Shown: one piece after another, positions 44,475 to 54,474 of the stretch
Numbering within the stretch: position 1 is the first letter of the stretch
How the letters are laid out: each line of letters begins with the position of its first letter
Assembly: GCA_958437495.1 (NCBI GenBank)
Contig: CAUBOH010000007.1
Span: 12,293 to 76,292 of the forward strand
DNA length: 64,000 nucleotides
Direction: 5' to 3'
DNA from: an uncultured Collinsella sp.
GTDB taxonomy: Bacteria > Actinomycetota > Coriobacteriia > Coriobacteriales > Coriobacteriaceae
Notes under the pieces: model-generated
The model's database searches: none
The model's input: the letters and a program-made list of their open reading frames with translations, nothing else
What the model was told of the DNA's origin: nothing
Position numbers and translations under genes: made by a program

Positions 44475-45494
44475 TTATAAAACGATGCCGTCCATGGAGT
44501 TGGCGACGTTCTCGACCAGTCCGGCACGTACGGCCTCAGCTGCGGCGAGCGTGCCGTTTTTGACGGCCTCGACCGACGTGGCGCCGTGGCCGATCAAGAC
44601 CACACCGCGCAGACCCAGCAGGATGGCGCCGCCCTTGGCATCGCCAGAGAGCTTGGCCTTAATCTCGCGCATCTGCTTTTTGATGAGCAGCGCGGCAATC
44701 TTGGTGCCGAGCGAGGACATAAAGGCGCCCTTGAGCTCCTGCAGCAAAAACTTGGCAGCGCCCTCGGTAGCCTTGAGAGCGATATTACCCGACATGCCGT
44801 CGGCAACAACGACATCGAAATTGCCCGAGGTGAGATCGGTGCCTTCGCAGTTGCCCACAAAGCCCGGAACTGCGGCCTTCATAGCAGGGAAACAGGCCTT
44901 GGTAAAGTTGGAACCCTTCTCGTCCTCGGTGCCATTGGCGAGCAGGCCCACGCGGGGATGTTCAATGCCCAAGACGACGCGCGCATAGGCGCTGCCCATC
45001 TGCGCAAAGCGCACCATATCGTCAACCTCGACATCGGGATTGGCACCCATGTCGCACAGCACCGTCAAACCGCCGGCACGATTAGGCAGCGCATTGGTCA
45101 GGCACGGACGCACCGGTTGCTTCTTACCCTCGGCCATATATCGAAACGGCGTGACGTAGGCGGTCGCGGCAGCTGTCATGGCACCGGTAGAGCCGGCGGA
45201 GAAGAACGCGTCCGCGTTGCCCTTCTTAATGGCGCGGCAAGAAAGCACGATCGACGACTTACGCTTGGTCATCACGGCGCGAATGGGATCGTCGTCCATG
45301 GCGATAACGTCGGGTGCCTCCAGGGCCTCGACGCGCGCATGGGAGGCGGCAAAGGGATTGACGATTTCGGCGGGACCGGCAGCCAGGACCTCGATATCGG
45401 GATCCGCCGCAAGCGCCGCCTCGATACCGTCGAGGACAACCTGAGGCTTCTCGTCTCCACCCACAACGTCTACACAAACGCGAACGTTACTCAT
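44475..45494 (-). CDS. plsX: Phosphate acyltransferase PlsX
   Basis: VDVVGGD..., GNCEG and HGATS motifs. Start set to ATG 45494, 7 nt after AAGGAG. Confidence 0.9.
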   Translation of the reverse strand: MSNVRVCVDVVGGDEKPQVVLDGIEAALAADPDIEVLAAGPAEIVNPFAASHARVEALEAPDVIAMDDDPIRAVMTKRKSSIVLSCRAIKKGNADAFFSAGSTGAMTAAATAYVTPFRYMAEGKKQPVRPCLTNALPNRAGGLTVLCDMGANPDVEVDDMVRFAQMGSAYARVVLGIEHPRVGLLANGTEDEKGSNFTKACFPAMKAAVPGFVGNCEGTDLTSGNFDVVVADGMSGNIALKATEGAAKFLLQELKGAFMSSLGTKIAALLIKKQMREIKAKLSGDAKGGAILLGLRGVVLIGHGATSVEAVKNGTLAAAEAVRAGLVENVANSMDGIVL

Positions 45495-45520
45495 ATACAT
45501 GCTCCTTATACAAAAATGGC

Positions 45521-45550
45521 CGACTCAATGAGCCGGCCATTGTGGTTCCA
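45521..45550 (-). terminator. Intrinsic terminator after rpmF
   Basis: Minus strand: ATGGCCGGCTCATTGAGTCGGCCAT followed by TTTTTG. Confidence 0.6.
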
Positions 45551-45581
45551 GTTGGAACGGCATCGTATCCAGAGTATACCG

Positions 45582-45761
45582 TTACTCGGTAACGATAACC
45601 TCGCGGTCCTTGTAGAAACCGCAGCTAGGGCACACGTGGTGCGGGAGCTTGACAGCACCGCAACGGGGGCACGTGGACTGAGCCGCAGCCGAGATCTTCA
45701 TGTTGGCGGAACGGCGGGTGTGAGTGCGGATACGACCCTGCTTTTGTTTAGGTACGGGCAT
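45582..45761 (-). CDS. rpmF: 50S ribosomal protein L32
   Basis: Not in the ORF track (59 aa). Manual translation gives MPVPKQKQGRIRTHTRRSANMKISAAAQSTCPRCGAVKLPHHVCPSCGFYKDREVIVTE. AAGGAAGG RBS. Conserved DUF177-rpmF pairing. Confidence 0.9.
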   Translation of the reverse strand: MPVPKQKQGRIRTHTRRSANMKISAAAQSTCPRCGAVKLPHHVCPSCGFYKDREVIVTE

Positions 45762-45825
45762 AGTGACCTTCCTTATGAACTATCCAGTGTGGCGATTACG
45801 CGCAAGTAGCGATACTACCACAGTT

Positions 45826-46380
45826 TTACTCGTCAAGCTTGAGATTCTTCAATGCTGCAAATGGATTTTCCGTGGCTTCGGCCCATTCGGCCTCGGCTTG
45901 GGCAGCACAATCACATTGCTCCACGTTGAGATTGGCGCCGCAGACGGGACAAAGACCGCGACATTCGGGCTTGCAGAGCACCACAAACGGTGTGTCCATG
46001 ACAACGGCGTCGTTGATGGGCTCGCCCAGATCGACGACGCGATCTTCGCCCAGGAGCTCATAGCCGTCTTCGTAGGCCTCGGGGTCCTCGGGCTCATGGA
46101 AGAGATAGAACTCCTCGATCTCGCCGGCAATGTCAAACGAGGCAGGCTCCAGGCAACGGTCGCACTCGCCGGTGGCGTGCGCGCGAACCATGCCGGTAAG
46201 CAGAACACCGGTGCCGGCATTGGTAAAGACCACGTCATAGCCGATACCGTCCTGCAGCTGGTACTCCTTCTCGCCCACCGTGTAGGCGGCGACATCGACC
46301 TTGCCGGTCAGCGGATACGAGTCTCCGGGAAACTCGAGCTGCTCGGAAAGATCGACGGTAACGCTCGGGAACTCAGCCAT
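45826..46380 (-). CDS. YceD/DUF177-family protein
   Basis: CDRCLEP...CKPECRGLCPVCGANLN Cys motifs typical of DUF177. ATG 46380 overlaps the upstream stop (TAATG). Confidence 0.8.
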   Translation of the reverse strand: MAEFPSVTVDLSEQLEFPGDSYPLTGKVDVAAYTVGEKEYQLQDGIGYDVVFTNAGTGVLLTGMVRAHATGECDRCLEPASFDIAGEIEEFYLFHEPEDPEAYEDGYELLGEDRVVDLGEPINDAVVMDTPFVVLCKPECRGLCPVCGANLNVEQCDCAAQAEAEWAEATENPFAALKNLKLDE

Positions 46381-46877
46381 TACCACTGACCATTCTGCTG
46401 GGCGGCGCCCTCGTTGAGCTGCTGGCGGCAACGGGTAACGGTGCCGGTCAGGCTCTTGAGGTTCTCCTCGAGGTGCGTAAAGACCTGCTCGGCGTAATCC
46501 TCGGCAGCATAGCGCGTCTCGCGCTCATACTGCTGGGCACGGTCGCGGATATCGTCGGCCTGCTGCTGCGCAAGGCGAACAATTTCCTGCTCACCGGCAA
46601 TGGTGAGGGCCTGCTGCTGAGCGTCGGCGATGATGGAATCGGCCTGAGCGGCGGCGGAAGCCATAAGCTCCTCGCGCTCCTTGAGGATGCGGCGGGACTT
46701 CTGCCATTCCTCGGGATAGCTCATGCGGATCTCATCGAGGATGTTAAAGAAGACGTCGGCATCGATGACCTTCATCTGGGCGTTCTTGCCGAACGGCGTC
46801 TTAGCCTCTTCGATGAGCCCCTCGAGCTCGTCGACAAGACTCACGATCCTGTCGCCAGGAAAATTCTCGCCCGGCAT
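46380..46877 (-). CDS. Hypothetical coiled-coil protein
   Basis: 165 aa from ATG 46877, which lies 5 nt after AAAGGAG. Helical and Q/A/E-rich. I recognise no catalytic motif. Lies between coaD and the DUF177 gene. Confidence 0.55.
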   Translation of the reverse strand: MPGENFPGDRIVSLVDELEGLIEEAKTPFGKNAQMKVIDADVFFNILDEIRMSYPEEWQKSRRILKEREELMASAAAQADSIIADAQQQALTIAGEQEIVRLAQQQADDIRDRAQQYERETRYAAEDYAEQVFTHLEENLKSLTGTVTRCRQQLNEGAAQQNGQW

Positions 46878-46945
46878 CCGGTCTCCTTTCATAGGTAACA
46901 TATCATCGTGTTAGTTTACCACATGCCACCTGGCAATAAAAAACG

Positions 46946-47443
46946 TCACGAAAAGCGATGTTTAAGTGCCTCGACCACATTAGCCGGCACAAACGTCGAA
47001 ACGTCACTACCGAGCGAGGCGATCTGGCGCACCACCGAGCTCGAGATGTAACCATACTGCGGAGCACTCATGACAAAGATGGACTCCAGCTCGTTATCCA
47101 AGCGGTAGTTGAGGTCGGCTTGCTGCAGCTCATACTCAAAGTCGGTCATGGCGCGCAGGCCCTTGACCACGGCACCGGCGCCCTGCTCGCGAGCAAAGTC
47201 GACGAGCAGGCCGGTAAAGGGCAGGACCTCGACGCCATCGATATCACCGAGTGCCTCACGGGCCAGCGCCACGCGCTCGTCGAGCATAAAGGTGGTGCCC
47301 ACGCCGTTTTTGCCCTGCGACTCGGCAACGGCCACGATCACACTGGGAAAGATGCGGCGGGCGCGGCGGATGACGTCGATATGGCCAAACGTGATGGGAT
47401 CGAAGGTACCCGGAACGATGACGCGGTTAATGGTGTCACTCAT
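46946..47443 (-). CDS. coaD: Phosphopantetheine adenylyltransferase
   Basis: Start re-set to ATG 47443, 6 nt after AGGAGG: MSDTINRVIVPGTFDPITFGHIDVIRRA (T/HxGH motif). Confidence 0.9.
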   Translation of the reverse strand: MSDTINRVIVPGTFDPITFGHIDVIRRARRIFPSVIVAVAESQGKNGVGTTFMLDERVALAREALGDIDGVEVLPFTGLLVDFAREQGAGAVVKGLRAMTDFEYELQQADLNYRLDNELESIFVMSAPQYGYISSSVVRQIASLGSDVSTFVPANVVEALKHRFS

Positions 47444-47453
47444 GAGCATCCTC

Positions 47454-48086
47454 CTAAAACGTCGTGCCGTCGCTGTCATCGGCATCGATGGCGGTATCGT
47501 CATCCTCGCCCTCGCCGACCCAACGGAGCAGGTCGACCGAGGTGATGCCATAGCGTTTCTCACGCACGGTTACAAAGCCGGCAGGATGTGCGCCCGCGTC
47601 GGCGGCAGCATGCTCAAACAGAGCATAGGCGCCCGGGGCGAGCAGACCCTGCTGGGCCAGGTTCTGCAGCAGCTCTTCGACCGGCTCGGCACCAAAAGCA
47701 TAGGGCGGGTCGAGCAAGACCAGATCGAAGGGGCCGCCCGGCACGCGGCCGCGCGAAGCGCTCGCAAGGACATCGCCCGTCACCACACGCCAACGCGCGC
47801 GATCACGACAGAGCGACTCAATATTCTTGGTAATGAGCCTCGCGGCATTGCGATCGATCTCGAACGTCGTGAGCGAACGGGCGCCCCGCGAGAGCATCTC
47901 GATGCCTAGGGCACCGGAGCCGCCAAAGGCATCCAGTACGCGGACCTCGTCCAAATCGAAGTCAAAGGCCGATAGGACCATGGATGCGCACGCTTCGCGC
48001 ACGCGGTCGGTCGTCGGACGCGTAACATCGCGACCGCGCGGCTCTTCGATCTTGCGACCGCGCCATTCACCGCCGATGATTCTCAT
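47454..48086 (-). CDS. rsmD: 16S rRNA (guanine966-N2)-methyltransferase RsmD
   Basis: MRIIGGEWRGRKI...RPTTDRVREA...LDAFGGSGALGIE...LLDPPY. ATGA overlap with the recG stop. Confidence 0.85.
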   Translation of the reverse strand: MRIIGGEWRGRKIEEPRGRDVTRPTTDRVREACASMVLSAFDFDLDEVRVLDAFGGSGALGIEMLSRGARSLTTFEIDRNAARLITKNIESLCRDRARWRVVTGDVLASASRGRVPGGPFDLVLLDPPYAFGAEPVEELLQNLAQQGLLAPGAYALFEHAAADAGAHPAGFVTVREKRYGITSVDLLRWVGEGEDDDTAIDADDSDGTTF

Positions 48087-50260
48087 CCTCCGCTGACCTC
48101 CTTAAAGATATGTCGATAACGCGTGGCAACCGCATCGCGCAGGGGACGCGTCGCCACAGAGTCAAGATTGGTAGCATACCGCAAGAGCTCGACCGCGTCC
48201 AAATGCGCCCACTCGATGAGCTCCTCGTCGGCATCAAGGTCGACAAAACGCAGGGTCACGCCACCATGCTGACGGTAACCCAAGATTTCGCCCTCGTGGC
48301 GAAGGCGTAGGTCCATCTGTGCGAGCGTAAAGCCGTCTGCGGTCTTCTCAAGCGACTGCAAGCGGTCTTGAGCCGCCGATGTGCCGCCGTTGCCCTTGGA
48401 GTGCGTCATGACCAGGCATGTGCCCGCCACGTCGCCACGGCCCACACGACCGCGAAGCTGATGCAGGGCGGCCAAACCAAAACGCTCGCCGTTCTCGATG
48501 ACCATGACGGTGGCGTTGGGCACGTCAACGCCCACCTCGACCACGGTGGTCGAGACGAGCACGTCAATCTCGCCGCGTTTAAAGGCGTCGATCACGCGAT
48601 CCTTCTCCCCCGCCCGCATGCGGCCGTGGAGGCGTTCGATCGTAAGGCCCGGCAGCGCCAGGCGCAGGCGGTCAAGCTCGGTCGCCGTATCGTGCAGCGG
48701 CACGGGGACGGTCACGCGGCCCTCGTCGTCACGGGCGATACCAGGCACATCCTCGAGCTCGTCGACCGAGTCACTCGGCTCCACAAGCGGACAGATCACG
48801 TAGGCCTGCTGACCCTTCTCGTGCGCCTCGCGGATGGCACCATAAGCCAGGTCGCGGCTCGACTCGGTAAGGACGCGCGTCGTCACGCCGGCACCCGGGA
48901 CGGGACGATGGCGGATGATGCTCGTTTCCAGGTCGCCGTAGACCGAAAGCGCCAGCGTGCGCGGGATGGGCGTCGCCGTCATGACGAGCAGGTCCGCGCC
49001 GGGACCCTTCGCGCGCAAGGCGTTGCGCTGGCCCACGCCAAAGCGGTGTTGTTCGTCAATGACCACGAGCGACAAATGCTTAAAATTCACGTCGTCGGAA
49101 AGCACGGCATGCGTACCAAAGAGCACGTCAAGCTCGCCCGTTTCCAACTGCACATGAATGCGCTCGCGCTCCGCCGCCGACGTGGCGCCCGTCAGGAGCG
49201 CCCAGGATATGCCAGCCTGAGAGAGCAAAGGGCCGGTCTTATCGGCATACTGACGAGCCAGCACGCCCGTAGGCGCCATGACGCAGGCCTGGGTGCCGCT
49301 ATCAACGGCTACGGCCAACGCACAGGCGGCAACGGCCGTCTTGCCGGTACCGACATCGCCCAGCAGCAGACGGTTCATGACGTGCGCATCATCGCACATA
49401 TCGTGCAAAATATCCTGGAATGCGGCCTCCTGCTCGTCGCTCAGCGAAAACGGCAGGGCCTGCTTGAGAGCAACAAGGCGCTCGCCCGCGGTGTGGGCGT
49501 AGGGAACCACCTCGACCAAGCCGCCGTCATTGCGCAGGCGCAGCGCGAGCTGCAGGTACAGGCACTCCTCATAGGCCAAACGACGGCGCGCAATGTCGCG
49601 CTCGGCCATACTCGAGGGAAAGTGGATCGAACGAAGCGCACGGGCATTGCTCATGAGCTTGCGCTTTGTGCGCAGCGGTGCCGGGATGGGATCAAAGGGA
49701 TTGCCGACGACCTCAAGAGCGCCACTCATAATGCGACGCATCCATGCCTGGCTTACGCCGTCACGTACGTAGTGGACCGGCAAAATGGTACCCGCGGCAC
49801 GGCCATCCTCAAGCTTTTCAAAATGCGGCGAGGCCATCTGCTTAAAGCCGTAGGCAAACTCGACCTTGCCCATCACGGCCAGGCGGTCGCCCCGTTTAAG
49901 CTGCTGGGCAATCCAAGGCTGGCGGAAAAAGGCGACCTGCAGCACGCCCGAGTCATCCATGAGCGATACCTCGGTCACCTGCATGCGCGGACGAGGCTGC
50001 TTTTGAACAATGCGATCGACCGTGGCAATGATGGTGCACACGGTACCGATGGGCGCCATCTCGATGGACCAAGATCGGGTGAAGTCCAGATATCGATGCG
50101 GGATATGGAGAAGGAGGTCCCCCACCGTCCGAATTCCCAGACGGCGAAGAGCCTCCTCACGTTTACCCGAAACATATTTGAGTCGCGCGATATCCTCGCC
50201 GAGCGCATTGCTCTGGGCAAAGCGCTCCGAGACGCGCGGCACGGAGCATAGCTCGGACAT
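48083..50260 (-). CDS. recG: ATP-dependent DNA helicase RecG
   Basis: 725 aa: wedge domain plus SF2 helicase motifs (GDVGTGKT, DEQHRFG, TATPIPRTL, QLRGRVGRG). Confidence 0.95.
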   Translation of the reverse strand: MSELCSVPRVSERFAQSNALGEDIARLKYVSGKREEALRRLGIRTVGDLLLHIPHRYLDFTRSWSIEMAPIGTVCTIIATVDRIVQKQPRPRMQVTEVSLMDDSGVLQVAFFRQPWIAQQLKRGDRLAVMGKVEFAYGFKQMASPHFEKLEDGRAAGTILPVHYVRDGVSQAWMRRIMSGALEVVGNPFDPIPAPLRTKRKLMSNARALRSIHFPSSMAERDIARRRLAYEECLYLQLALRLRNDGGLVEVVPYAHTAGERLVALKQALPFSLSDEQEAAFQDILHDMCDDAHVMNRLLLGDVGTGKTAVAACALAVAVDSGTQACVMAPTGVLARQYADKTGPLLSQAGISWALLTGATSAAERERIHVQLETGELDVLFGTHAVLSDDVNFKHLSLVVIDEQHRFGVGQRNALRAKGPGADLLVMTATPIPRTLALSVYGDLETSIIRHRPVPGAGVTTRVLTESSRDLAYGAIREAHEKGQQAYVICPLVEPSDSVDELEDVPGIARDDEGRVTVPVPLHDTATELDRLRLALPGLTIERLHGRMRAGEKDRVIDAFKRGEIDVLVSTTVVEVGVDVPNATVMVIENGERFGLAALHQLRGRVGRGDVAGTCLVMTHSKGNGGTSAAQDRLQSLEKTADGFTLAQMDLRLRHEGEILGYRQHGGVTLRFVDLDADEELIEWAHLDAVELLRYATNLDSVATRPLRDAVATRYRHIFKEVSGG

Positions 50261-50270
50261 GTTCAGATGC

Positions 50271-51932
50271 CTACTCGATCGAGAAGATCACGGGATAGAG
50301 CGGCTGCTCGCCACGATGGGCATCGATCTCCAAGTCGGGCTGAGCTTCCTCGATGGCGTCGACAATCTCCTGGAAGGCCTCGTCGGACAGCTCCTCGCCG
50401 GCCAGAATCGTCAGCGCGTCGCCCTCCTCTTCCTCCTGCATGCGGTTGATGCAGTCGAGGGTGACCTGCTTCACATCGGAGCCGACCACGTCGATGGAAC
50501 CAGCGATGATACCCATGACGTCACCGGAGTGAATCGGAGAGCCGTCCGAGGCGCTGGAGTCACGCACGGCACGGGTGACCTCGCCATCTCGGACCTCGCT
50601 GATGGCGTCGACCATAGCGGCGACGGCGTCCTCGAGCTCGGAATCGGGCAGGACGGCGAACAGCGCGGAGAACGCCTGGGGAACGGTCTTGGTGGGAACG
50701 ACGGCGACCTTCTTATCGGTGCAGGCAGAGGCAGCGGCCTCGGCAGCCATGCGGATGTTACCGTTGTTGGGCAGGATGATGACCGAGGTCGCGTTGACCT
50801 GGTCGACGGCGCCCAGCAGGTCGGCGGTCGAGGGGTTCATGGTCTGGCCACCCGAGACGATCACGTCAACGCCGAGGGACTTGAGGATGTCGGCCTCGCC
50901 CGAACCGGCGGCAACGGCGACAAAGCCCAGCGCCTTGGCGGGCTCGGCAGCCTTCTCCTGGTCCTCGTGAATCTTGGCGGTACGGTCGTGGGCCTCCATC
51001 TCCATGTTGTGGATAAAGACCTCGTAGATCTGACCAAGCTGCAGCATGTGCTCGAGCACCAGGTTGGGGGTGTTGGAGTGCACGTGAATCTTGTAATCGG
51101 GGTAAGCGCCCACGAGCAGCTCGCAGTCGCCCATGGAGCCCAGGAACTTAAGGCACTCGTCCTCGTCAAACGGGGCGTCTGCCTTAAACAGGAACTCATT
51201 GCAGTAACGGAACTCCGAGCCCTCCCAGTCGTCGTTAGCCTCGATCTCAACGCGGCCAAGAGCGGCATCGCGGGCAGAGCCGGCGGAGTCAAATGTAGCG
51301 GAGAAATCCTCGACAACGGTGCTGCGGCCAAGGGCAGCAGCCACGAAGTTCTCGAGGAAAATGGCAAATCCAAAGGCGCCGGAGTCGACCACGCCGTTCT
51401 CCTTCAGAACGGGCAGCAGGTCGGGCGTGCGGGCGACGGACTGGTACGCCTCGACGACGATGGCATCGAGCGCATCCTCGGCCGAGAACTTCTTCTTCTC
51501 GCACTCATCGGCCTTAGTCGAGACATCGCGCAAGACCGTGAGGATCGTGCCCTCGATGGGCTTGCGGACGGCCTGGAAGGCGACCTTGACAGCGCGACGG
51601 AAGGCGAAGGCGATATTGGCGGACGTAATGGGCTCGTCGGCAGAGACAAGGCCCTCGGCCACGCCGCGCAGAATCTGCGACGTGATGACGCCGGAGTTAC
51701 CGCGAGCGCCCATGAGGGAGCCATGGGTAATGGCGCCGGCGATGGCTTCCATGTCGGCGTCGGCAGGAAGAGCAGAAAGCTCCTTGGTCACCGAGGCGAG
51801 CGTGAGCGACATGTTGGTGCCGGTATCGCCATCGGGTACGGGGAAGACGTTGAGCTTGTTGATCTCCTCGGCCTTGTCGGAAACGGCAGCCGCAGCGATC
51901 GGAAAACAGGTGCGAATGGTCTTTGCAATCAT
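50271..51932 (-). CDS. DAK2-domain fusion protein (YloV family)
   Basis: 553 aa: VFPVPDGDTGTNM Dak2 N-terminus plus a DegV-like C-terminal half. Conserved Asp23-YloV-RecG order. Confidence 0.85.
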   Translation of the reverse strand: MIAKTIRTCFPIAAAAVSDKAEEINKLNVFPVPDGDTGTNMSLTLASVTKELSALPADADMEAIAGAITHGSLMGARGNSGVITSQILRGVAEGLVSADEPITSANIAFAFRRAVKVAFQAVRKPIEGTILTVLRDVSTKADECEKKKFSAEDALDAIVVEAYQSVARTPDLLPVLKENGVVDSGAFGFAIFLENFVAAALGRSTVVEDFSATFDSAGSARDAALGRVEIEANDDWEGSEFRYCNEFLFKADAPFDEDECLKFLGSMGDCELLVGAYPDYKIHVHSNTPNLVLEHMLQLGQIYEVFIHNMEMEAHDRTAKIHEDQEKAAEPAKALGFVAVAAGSGEADILKSLGVDVIVSGGQTMNPSTADLLGAVDQVNATSVIILPNNGNIRMAAEAAASACTDKKVAVVPTKTVPQAFSALFAVLPDSELEDAVAAMVDAISEVRDGEVTRAVRDSSASDGSPIHSGDVMGIIAGSIDVVGSDVKQVTLDCINRMQEEEEGDALTILAGEELSDEAFQEIVDAIEEAQPDLEIDAHRGEQPLYPVIFSIE

Positions 51933-51959
51933 GGGTGTTAGAATCTCCGTTTTCGGATG

Positions 51960-52316
51960 CTAGTTCAGACGGCTCTTGAGCGCGTCGATGTGAATGCCGA
52001 TCTTAAGGCTGGCGGGATCGATCTGGGCGATCTCCTGCAGGGTGAAGGCAACGGAACTCGAAAGATTGTGGCAGACGGACTTCATGTTGACGCCGTTCTC
52101 GAGCACGACGTGAAGGTCGACCGTGAGGCCGTTCTCATCGGCGGAGACAAGTACGCCCTTGCGGAGGCGCTGACCGGCAAGCAGGCGCACGCTCTCGGCG
52201 CCCTGGAGCTGCTCGGCCATACCGACGACGCCGTAGCACGTCATCGCGGCATAACCGGCAATATCGGCAATAACGTCATTCGAGACGCTCAAGCTGCCGT
52301 TAATGGTCTCAGACAC
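51960..52316 (-). CDS. Asp23/Gls24-family protein (YloU-like)
   Basis: 118 aa from GTG 52316, which lies 6 nt after AAGGAG: (M)SETINGSLSVSNDVIADIAGYAAMTCYGVVGM. Confidence 0.8.
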   Translation of the reverse strand: MSETINGSLSVSNDVIADIAGYAAMTCYGVVGMAEQLQGAESVRLLAGQRLRKGVLVSADENGLTVDLHVVLENGVNMKSVCHNLSSSVAFTLQEIAQIDPASLKIGIHIDALKSRLN

Positions 52317-52473
52317 AAGAATCTCCTTTTCTGGTGCTCGCGGCACCATGTCGTGGGAGCAATCATTGCAATATTCTACAACGACCACGCCATGTTAGGG
52401 CGGCGGGGTTCACGATTACATCCTCGACACGAAATGTTGATAAGGTAACGTTCGCGACAGCCGATCGCGGCAT

Positions 52474-52501
52474 GAAAAAACCCGCCGCATAGCGACGGGT
52501 T
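52474..52501 (-). terminator. Intrinsic terminator after the tRNA-Asn pair
   Basis: Minus strand: AACCCGTCGC-tat-GCGGCGGGTT followed by TTTTTT. Confidence 0.7.
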
Positions 52502-52509
52502 TTACAACC

Positions 52510-52584
52510 TGGCTCCCCGGGTAGGACTCGAACCTACAACAGCGCGGTTAACAGCCGCGTGCTCTACCATTGAGCTACCGAGGA
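52510..52584 (-). tRNA. tRNA-Asn (anticodon GTT), CCA encoded
   Basis: Minus strand: TCCTCGGTAGCTCAATGGTAGAGCACGCGGCTGTTAACCGCGCTGTTGTAGGTTCGAGTCCTACCCGGGGAGCCA. This folds by hand as a cloverleaf with a 7-bp acceptor stem, anticodon loop CTGTTAA and T-loop TTCGAGT. Confidence 0.95.
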
Positions 52585-52618
52585 ATTTAAAAGCCCAGCG
52601 GAATGGGCTGAGAAATTC

Positions 52619-52693
52619 TGGCTCCCCGGGTAGGACTCGAACCTACAACAGCGCGGTTAACAGCCGCGTGCTCTACCATTGAGCTACCGAGGA
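52619..52693 (-). tRNA. tRNA-Asn (anticodon GTT), second identical copy
   Basis: 75 of 75 nt identical to the copy at 52510-52584. The 34-nt spacer contains the small hairpin AGCCCA-gcggaa-TGGGCT. Confidence 0.95.
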
Positions 52694-52723
52694 ATAGGTG
52701 CGTGCTCTCAAGCAACGAAGTTT

Positions 52724-52751
52724 ATTATACGGACGAATCAGCTCAGGGCAA
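52724..52751 (-). promoter_or_regulatory. Putative sigma-70 promoter of the tRNA-Asn pair
   Basis: Minus strand: TTGCCC - 16 nt - TATAAT, about 30 nt upstream of the first tRNA 5' end. Confidence 0.55.
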
Positions 52752-52984
52752 GAACTTTTTTGAGAATTTTTCCGACCTAGTCGTTGGGAGCGTTCTTAAA
52801 CGACTAGTCATTCAAGAACGTCCCCAATGACTACCCGCAACGGAAACGCCGATGTTTTGGTAACGACAGCGAAAACCCGCCAGAGCGAGCAAGGTGCCTT
52901 GAAACAAGGCGGCATTGACCTCCTGGTCATGCCGCCGAAGTTGAAAGGCAGATTGCCGCTCTGGCGGGTTTGCAGCGTCGACCC

Positions 52985-53012
52985 GTTACGCGGTTTGGTA
53001 AAACCGCGTAAC
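52985..53012 (-). terminator. Hairpin immediately after the rpoD stop (no clear U-tract)
   Basis: Perfect 12-bp stem GTTACGCGGTTT/AAACCGCGTAAC with a 4-nt loop, 2 nt from the stop codon. Confidence 0.4.
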
Positions 53013-53014
53013 TC

Positions 53015-54379
53015 CTAGCTTTCGATGTAGTCCTTCAGCTTGCTGCTGCGGCTGGGGTGACGGAGTTTGGCCAGGGTCTTGGACTCGATCTGGCGAATGC
53101 GCTCGCGCGTGACGCCAAACTCGCGACCAACTTCCTCGAGCGTGCGAGGATGTCCGTCAACAAGACCAAAGCGCAACTCGATAACCTTGCGCTCGCGATC
53201 GGCAAGCGAATCGAGCACCTGGGTGAGCTGCTCCTGCAGCATGGAGAAGCTGGCGGCATCGGGCGGAACGATAGCCTGAGAGTCCTCGATGAAGTCGCCC
53301 AGCTGGGAATCCTCTTCCTCGCCGATAGGAGTTTCGAGCGACACGGGCTCCTGCGAGATCTTCTGGATCTCGCGGACACGATCGGCGCTCATGTCCATCT
53401 CGGCACCGATCTCCTCGGGGGTCGGGTCGCGACCCAGGTCCTGAAGGAGCTGGCGCTGCACGCGGACGAGCTTGTTGATGGTCTCGACCATGTGCACGGG
53501 AATACGGATGGTACGGGCCTGGTCGGCGATAGCGCGCGTAATGGCCTGACGGATCCACCACGTGGCGTACGTGGAGAACTTGAAGCCCTTCTGGTAGTCG
53601 AACTTCTCGACGGCGCGAATCAGGCCGAGGTTGCCCTCCTGGATCAAGTCCAGGAACAGCATGCCGCGACCGACGTAGCGCTTGGCGATGGAGACGACCA
53701 GACGCAGGTTGGCGCTGATGAGCGCCTGCTTGGCCTCAAGACCGACATTCTCGATACGGGTCAGACGACGCATCTCGGAACGCGTGAGCTCAAGCTCGCC
53801 CGCCTCGGCGGCCTCGAGCTTCTCAGTGGCCTCGAGACCCGCCTCGATCTTCATAGCCAGATCGACCTCTTCGGAGGCGGTCAGCAGGTCGACCTTGCCG
53901 ATCTCTTTGAGGTACATGCGGACGGGGTCGCCGGTCAGCATCACCGTGGAAGCATCGATACCGCGCACGCGCGAACGCGAACGGGATGTGCGCACGGTGC
54001 GCTTCTTCTTGCTCTTGGAGGAGCCCATCTCGGCATCGGCCTGACGGGCCATCTTGAGCTCGTGATCGTCGAGCGAACCGGAATCGTGCTCGTCGTCGTC
54101 ACCAAAGTCGTCGGTATCGGTATCGTTATCCTCATCGTCGACGTCCATGGGAGCGTCGTCGTTACCGCTCGCGGAGATAATCTGGATGCCGCTGTTGCGC
54201 AGCGCGGAATACACCGCGGTGAGCTGCTCGTCAGTTACATCGATATCCTTCAGGGCGACCTGAATCTCGTCCTCGGTTACCGAAGTCCTGTTTGAGCCGT
54301 TGCCCATGAGCTTTGCAACGTAGGATTCCAGCCCAGTACCCGTGCTCTCAGTCTTTTTTGGCACAGATTCTCCCTTCAT
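53015..54379 (-). CDS. rpoD: Primary RNA polymerase sigma factor (RpoD/SigA)
   Basis: 454 aa: acidic region 1, region 2 ([50 protein letters not shown]), and region 4 ([20 protein letters not shown]). Confidence 0.95.
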   Translation of the reverse strand: MKGESVPKKTESTGTGLESYVAKLMGNGSNRTSVTEDEIQVALKDIDVTDEQLTAVYSALRNSGIQIISASGNDDAPMDVDDEDNDTDTDDFGDDDEHDSGSLDDHELKMARQADAEMGSSKSKKKRTVRTSRSRSRVRGIDASTVMLTGDPVRMYLKEIGKVDLLTASEEVDLAMKIEAGLEATEKLEAAEAGELELTRSEMRRLTRIENVGLEAKQALISANLRLVVSIAKRYVGRGMLFLDLIQEGNLGLIRAVEKFDYQKGFKFSTYATWWIRQAITRAIADQARTIRIPVHMVETINKLVRVQRQLLQDLGRDPTPEEIGAEMDMSADRVREIQKISQEPVSLETPIGEEEDSQLGDFIEDSQAIVPPDAASFSMLQEQLTQVLDSLADRERKVIELRFGLVDGHPRTLEEVGREFGVTRERIRQIESKTLAKLRHPSRSSKLKDYIES

Positions 54380-54474
54380 AGTCCACAGGACTCAATACTT
54401 TAGCACACACAATGATGTCTATACCCAAAAAGAGGTCTGGATATAGGTGAGAATACGCTGGTTGACCACAACAT

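Noticed and set aside
52827-53018. 63-aa plus-strand ORF between tRNA-Asn and rpoD
   Set aside because: It has no RBS. Its sequence is made of the inverted-repeat arms described in the findings, so it is more likely structured RNA or DNA than coding.
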